Below the pieces are notes generated by a model. It worked only from the letters and a program-made list of their open reading frames with translations, did not search any database and was not told the origin of the DNA. A stretch of DNA of 64,000 nucleotides, taken from Octopus sinensis (Eukaryota). The position numbers were made by a program, and so were the translations under genes. Below, piece by piece: positions 62,440 through 64,000 of the stretch. Positions within the stretch are counted from its first letter, which is position 1; each line of letters begins with the position of its first letter. The stretch is from assembly GCF_006345805.1 (NCBI RefSeq), contig NC_043001.1, positions 64,294,001 to 64,358,000 on the forward strand, read 5' to 3'.

Positions 62440-63329
62440 AACATAAAGCATCGGTTTTCCTGGGCATTTGATAGCCTTTTGTAATTGCCTCAGCATTAAT
62501 GATGTGAATCTTTTGAAGATGCTCAAGAAACACAATGCCTTTTGCATCCCAAAAAACTGAGGCCATCACCTTCCCTGCTGATGAAATGGCCTTCGCCTTC
62601 CTTGGGGCAAATGCAGAGGGGTGTTTCAACTGTGTGGATTATCTCTGTCTCTGACTCAAAGTGACGAACCCCACACTCATTCTAGGTTAGGAAATGTTCA
62701 AGGAAACCAGCTGGATCTACCTCAATCAATGTCAGATTTTCCTATGTTGTGATTAGCCTGATGTGCTTTTAATCAGGTGTCAGAAGACATGGCACCCACT
62801 GAGCAGAAAGCTTCATCGTGCCAAGTTCATTGTGCAGAATATTCTCAGTTTTCTCATGGGATATGTTAATAGCATTGGCTATTTGATTTATAGTCAATCA
62901 TCTGTCATCAATCACCATGTAGTGAACATGATCAATGTTTTCCTCAGTGGCAGCAGTTGCAGGGCATCCAGATGTTGGGTCATCTCCAAAATTCTCCCTT
63001 CCCCTCAAAAATTCAGCTACCCTTTTTGCTCTGTTGATAAAGCTAGTGTCATCCCCTAATGTAGCAACTATGTCAGCATGAATGTCCTTGGAGACTAAAC
63101 CCTTTTTCTGCAAGTACATGATAACATCACAATGCCAAGTGTTGTTGATTTTCAAGAGAAATCACTACTAGTCACTTTTGAAGTGTTCTTTAAACAGTCA
63201 GATGTCAGTTTAGCTGGAAAGAAACAATGCAGTTATTCATAAGAAGAGTTGAAATTAATGCATGTAACATTTTACAACTCTCACATCACTCTTTCGTAGT
63301 CACCCTATCAGCTTTTCAGCCCACCCTCA
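62440..63329 (-). mobile_element. mariner transposon, decayed
   Basis: TA|TGAGGGTGGGCTGAAAAG end; DDPTSGCP; SAGKVMASVFWDAKGIVF. Confidence 0.88.
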
Positions 63330-63331
63330 TA

Positions 63332-63830
63332 CAAGGTGCATTCCAGAAGTTTTGATACTTTTTATGTGAGACACTTATAACTGCCCTAGATTATTGTAAT
63401 TTTAGTACACCATTATTAAACATCTAATAATCTGACCTGCCAACTTTTGTTATTCTTGATTGAAGGAGATGGCTGTAACAGCCTACTAAAAACTGCTTGT
63501 CACAGCTGACGAGTTTTCAGAATACAGTTGGGATGTGAAGACTATTTAGAAGCTCGTTATGTCAAAATTTTGTGTTAAACTGGGCAAAAATGATACAGAA
63601 ACTTATGAAATGCTCCAGACTGCTTATGGACTGAGCTTCTGTTTTTTGCTGGTACAGGAAGCCAAGCAATGCAAGTCCACCAGGAAGCTCATGATGATCC
63701 CCTTTTTCAGCCACAAGGGCATCATCTACTGAGTTCCTGCTGGTCAGCCAGTCAACAAAGAGCACTTTGTAGAAAAGGTCAGGGTATCTGCACCAAGATA
63801 ATTTATCAGTCCACATTTCCATTCTGGTAA
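63332..63830 (+). mobile_element. Second mariner remnant
   Basis: KLGKNDTETYEMLQTAYG; STRKLMMIPFFSHKGIIY; shares the TA at 63330-63331 with the neighbouring mariner. Confidence 0.7.
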
Positions 63831-64000
63831 CCACCTATTTGACAGAGATGATCATCAAAACTGTCCTTCACACTGATTTCCAGAAAATGATTCTAATTTT
63901 GAATAATGCTTGGAGGTTAAAAGTTCTCTTGTGTTAATGCTGAATCATCATATGAAAAAATTTGTTTACACTTATGTATTCTTAAATCACATTTACATCT

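Overview
Eukaryotic, AT-rich, repeat-saturated genomic DNA, most likely an octopus or other cephalopod (inferred from the SINE/RTE repeat content, not proven). The window is dominated by decayed transposable elements: about 13 RTE-clade LINE copies or fragments with a PHD finger inserted inside the RT domain, Penelope-like element (PLE) remnants, a degraded autonomous Helitron plus non-autonomous Helitrons, Tc1/mariner elements (DD41D, DD36E, mariner), a FLYWCH-MULE, piggyBac MITEs, a Gypsy gag, a HERO-like fragment and SINEs. No intact transposon ORF is present. The only host-gene signals are a candidate divergent promoter at ~20.2-21.4 kb and a start-codon exon at 48259-48345. The most notable hidden structure is a set of minimal type I hammerhead ribozymes: four in the first 1.5 kb and more elsewhere. 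Several sit inside non-coding 440-520 nt units with partial tandem or circularly permuted direct repeats, which suggests retrozyme-like or PLE-pseudoLTR RNA replicons. All alignments and folds were done by eye.
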